A DNA stretch of 64,000 bases from Hydrurus foetidus (Eukaryota), in NCBI GenBank assembly GCA_900617105.1, contig UYFQ01000651.1, forward strand, positions 1 through 64,000, written 5' to 3'. The translations under genes and the position numbers were made by a program. The notes beneath the pieces were generated by a model. It saw nothing but the letters and a program-made list of their open reading frames with translations, did not search any database and was not told the origin of the DNA. This document shows, in pieces, positions 47,484 through 64,000 of this stretch (its first letter is position 1; each line of letters starts with the position of its first letter).

Positions 47484-48928
47484 CTACCAGGTATCAGTCT
47501 ACCGATGAGAACATCACCAATTCCAACTCGTACGTCAGATCAGCTCTCTGCGGTATAACAGGTGGATACCCCACCGATCCATATGCAAGCTGTCAAGAAA
47601 ATATTGCATGTCGAATATCAATTTACAGAGTGAGAAATTCTATCACATATTTCTTGCCACCACCACTCAACATTCGCCTGAGGATCATTCTATACAGACA
47701 CGATTTCGATTTCGGAGAATTCAGCGTAAAGCGGTCACTGAATTCGGTAAAATTCAGAGGGGTCAAAAACAGGTCAACGACTTCAATCGAATTTCTCGAT
47801 TGAACTCGTTTAGATTCATCTCCGTATAGAATGGCTCTAAGGAAACTATAGGCTAATATTGAATGTAGAATAATAAGTAATTCACGATGTGCCTGTCAGA
47901 ACTATTTATCATCGATGAATTCAATACTAATTTTGAATTAATCAGGTAAGCTTTTCTAAAAATTATCATACTCAATGAGAAAAAAGGTAAGATGAGCTGT
48001 AAGGTTTTCGAAATATTTGAGAGATAAATTGAATCGCTTTATGAAGTATTTTTGAATATCTCAGCAAACAGCAGTGTGAAACGATTTCAAAACTGTTATC
48101 AAATTTGTAGCTGCATAAAGTGCAACACATCTGTTTGCACAGCACATCAATAAACAGAATTAGGACAGATACCAATACCATAAAATATAATGATCTTAAT
48201 ATGTTTCCTAGCAATGATTTGTGCAGAGTCACAGGAAATTGGTCAGACCTCGTAAGGTATCGTTACTCTGATCTTCTGTCCTTTGCTGATGTGTCCAGAT
48301 AGGAACACTTTCTCCCACCCCTGAAAGAACATTCGTTAGGAGAGGCATCAAAGAATATTCGCAACAAGAGACATCAAAGAACATTCGTTAGGAGAGACAT
48401 CGACAGAGATTCGTAACAAAAGAGATCAAAGATACGATTTATCGCATAGTGAATGATGTCATGTTTCTAATCGCGACTTGGATTGAGTAATCCCAGATTG
48501 ATTCTCTTGGAAGTCGACTACTGAGTACCTTGATCACTACTCCTGCTCCTAAAACAAAATTTGTCGTCTGACCTCTGTTGTAAGAATTATCTACGATCGT
48601 ACCATCCTCTAGGCAACACGTGTAGTGCCTGCAAATTTTGTTATGGTAGCTGTCATTTAGAAGCCCTCGATCTGAATTATTATGTGGGTTCATCTACACC
48701 GCTGTCATAAGTAATTCACTTTCAGTCAAACTGTAATTGTTGAATTTATGTCCGCAATCAAACAGGAAGTGTTTGGCCGTTTAGAAGAAAATCTTACACT
48801 GCCAGCGAGTCATATTTCTTTGGATAGTTAGTGGCATCACCAACTGTCAGGGTGACGAAATTTAATCTCTCATTTTCTGTTTTTTTCCTCTTTTTCAACT
48901 CCCGCAGTTCCCTCGCTTTCAGAAGCAT
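47484..48928 (-). CDS. FKBP-type peptidyl-prolyl isomerase, exons ~48928-48798, 48628-48529, 48320-48249, 47589-47484 (start uncertain)
   Basis: GDATNYPKK, VHYTCCLEDGTIVDNSYNRG, FVLGAGVVIKGWE, IPYELAYG, PPVIP, LTYELELV. Confidence 0.93.
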
Positions 48929-49338
48929 CACACGGACAGTAACAGCTATTTGGATTTCCTATCACTGACTGGAGGAGGCGCTCCCCTGTAGCATGAAAGT
49001 TGAAAGTGAGCAGTGTTCCTTCAATCGATCACAGGCAGAAAACTGAAATGGATTATTGAAATGAAAATAATGGAAATTGCATCTGATTTGAATTTCAAAT
49101 TTATGCTTTTTGACAGAGTCATCGCGAAGAAGTCATCTTGATCTAGTCCATCGTCGAGTTGCGGGTCTGCAAGTGGCAGTGCAACTTTCGGACTTATCAA
49201 GTCAGAGTTGTCCCGATCTGCGAAATCGCCCGCACCAGGATCAATCAGCTCAGGGTTCTATCAGAATTGAAGACAAAAATCTTGGAAATTGTAGAATTTC
49301 TGACCTAGAACATATCTGACAAGTAGTTCAAACAAATC

Positions 49339-63603
<14,265 letters not shown>

Positions 63604-64000
63604 GTAAATACAACAAAAACAGAAAAATAGCCTTTTGAATTAAAGCTCTCCCTTTATCACCTCCCCCTCCCCGCCACTTGGGTGACACAAATTTCAAAAT
63701 GCTGTTAAGAAATAAAAAAACGACTCTATGTATTTACGTGAGGTACAACTCTATTGAGGTATATATCGATTAAAAACAGGATTTACGTAAATTGGTATTT
63801 TTATCTTATTTACTTTTTCTCTACAATCTTATTTCCTGCACCAATATTTTATACGAATTATTGTTTTTAAAACTCTGTTTTTCTTATCTATCTTTACAAC
63901 GATTTTCCATATTTTTTGTATTTTTTGTAGCTATGCTAATTTCAAGAAAAAAAAAGACAGTGCGGAAAGAATAAAAATTAAAAATTAAAACCGAAAAAGA

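Noticed and set aside
48850..48865. 16-bp identity GGGTGACGAAATTTAA with 6607-6592 (minus), resembling the MITE TIR
   Set aside because: Lies in an FKBP exon; a 16-mer match is expected by chance in 64 kb.

Overview
Eukaryotic nuclear DNA with GT-AG introns; gene and transposon style suggest an ochrophyte stramenopile (inference). Bases 1-13.8 kb are a nested transposon pile with all coding on the minus strand. A Ty3/gypsy element runs off the left edge and is inserted into the RT of a DIRS/Ngaro-type retroelement. Next come a Myb/SANT-like ORF, a complete young Ty1/copia element (7558-13590; LTRs differ at 1 of 279 nt; TSD AAGTG) and a MITE. The rest holds host genes: a GNAT acetyltransferase, a pseudo-receiver protein, a large unknown protein, a multi-exon ~40-aa helical-repeat protein with a signal peptide, an LRR protein, an OTU deubiquitinase with a signal peptide, a membrane protein, an FKBP and FANCI (runs off the right edge). 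Introns carry MITEs and microsatellites. Top observation: the copia element has no tRNA-type primer-binding site. Its 11-nt PBS is instead exactly complementary to 11 nt inside its own LTR, as in Tf1-style self-priming, and U3 carries a near-copy of the PBS that could mask the 3' copy of the primer. Also notable: in-frame UGA-CUG gag/RT junction in the DIRS-type element, a palindromic PBS region in the gypsy element, and the 40-aa repeat protein. Most frameshifts are one-base losses in short runs and may be assembly errors. Exon coordinates were read by eye.
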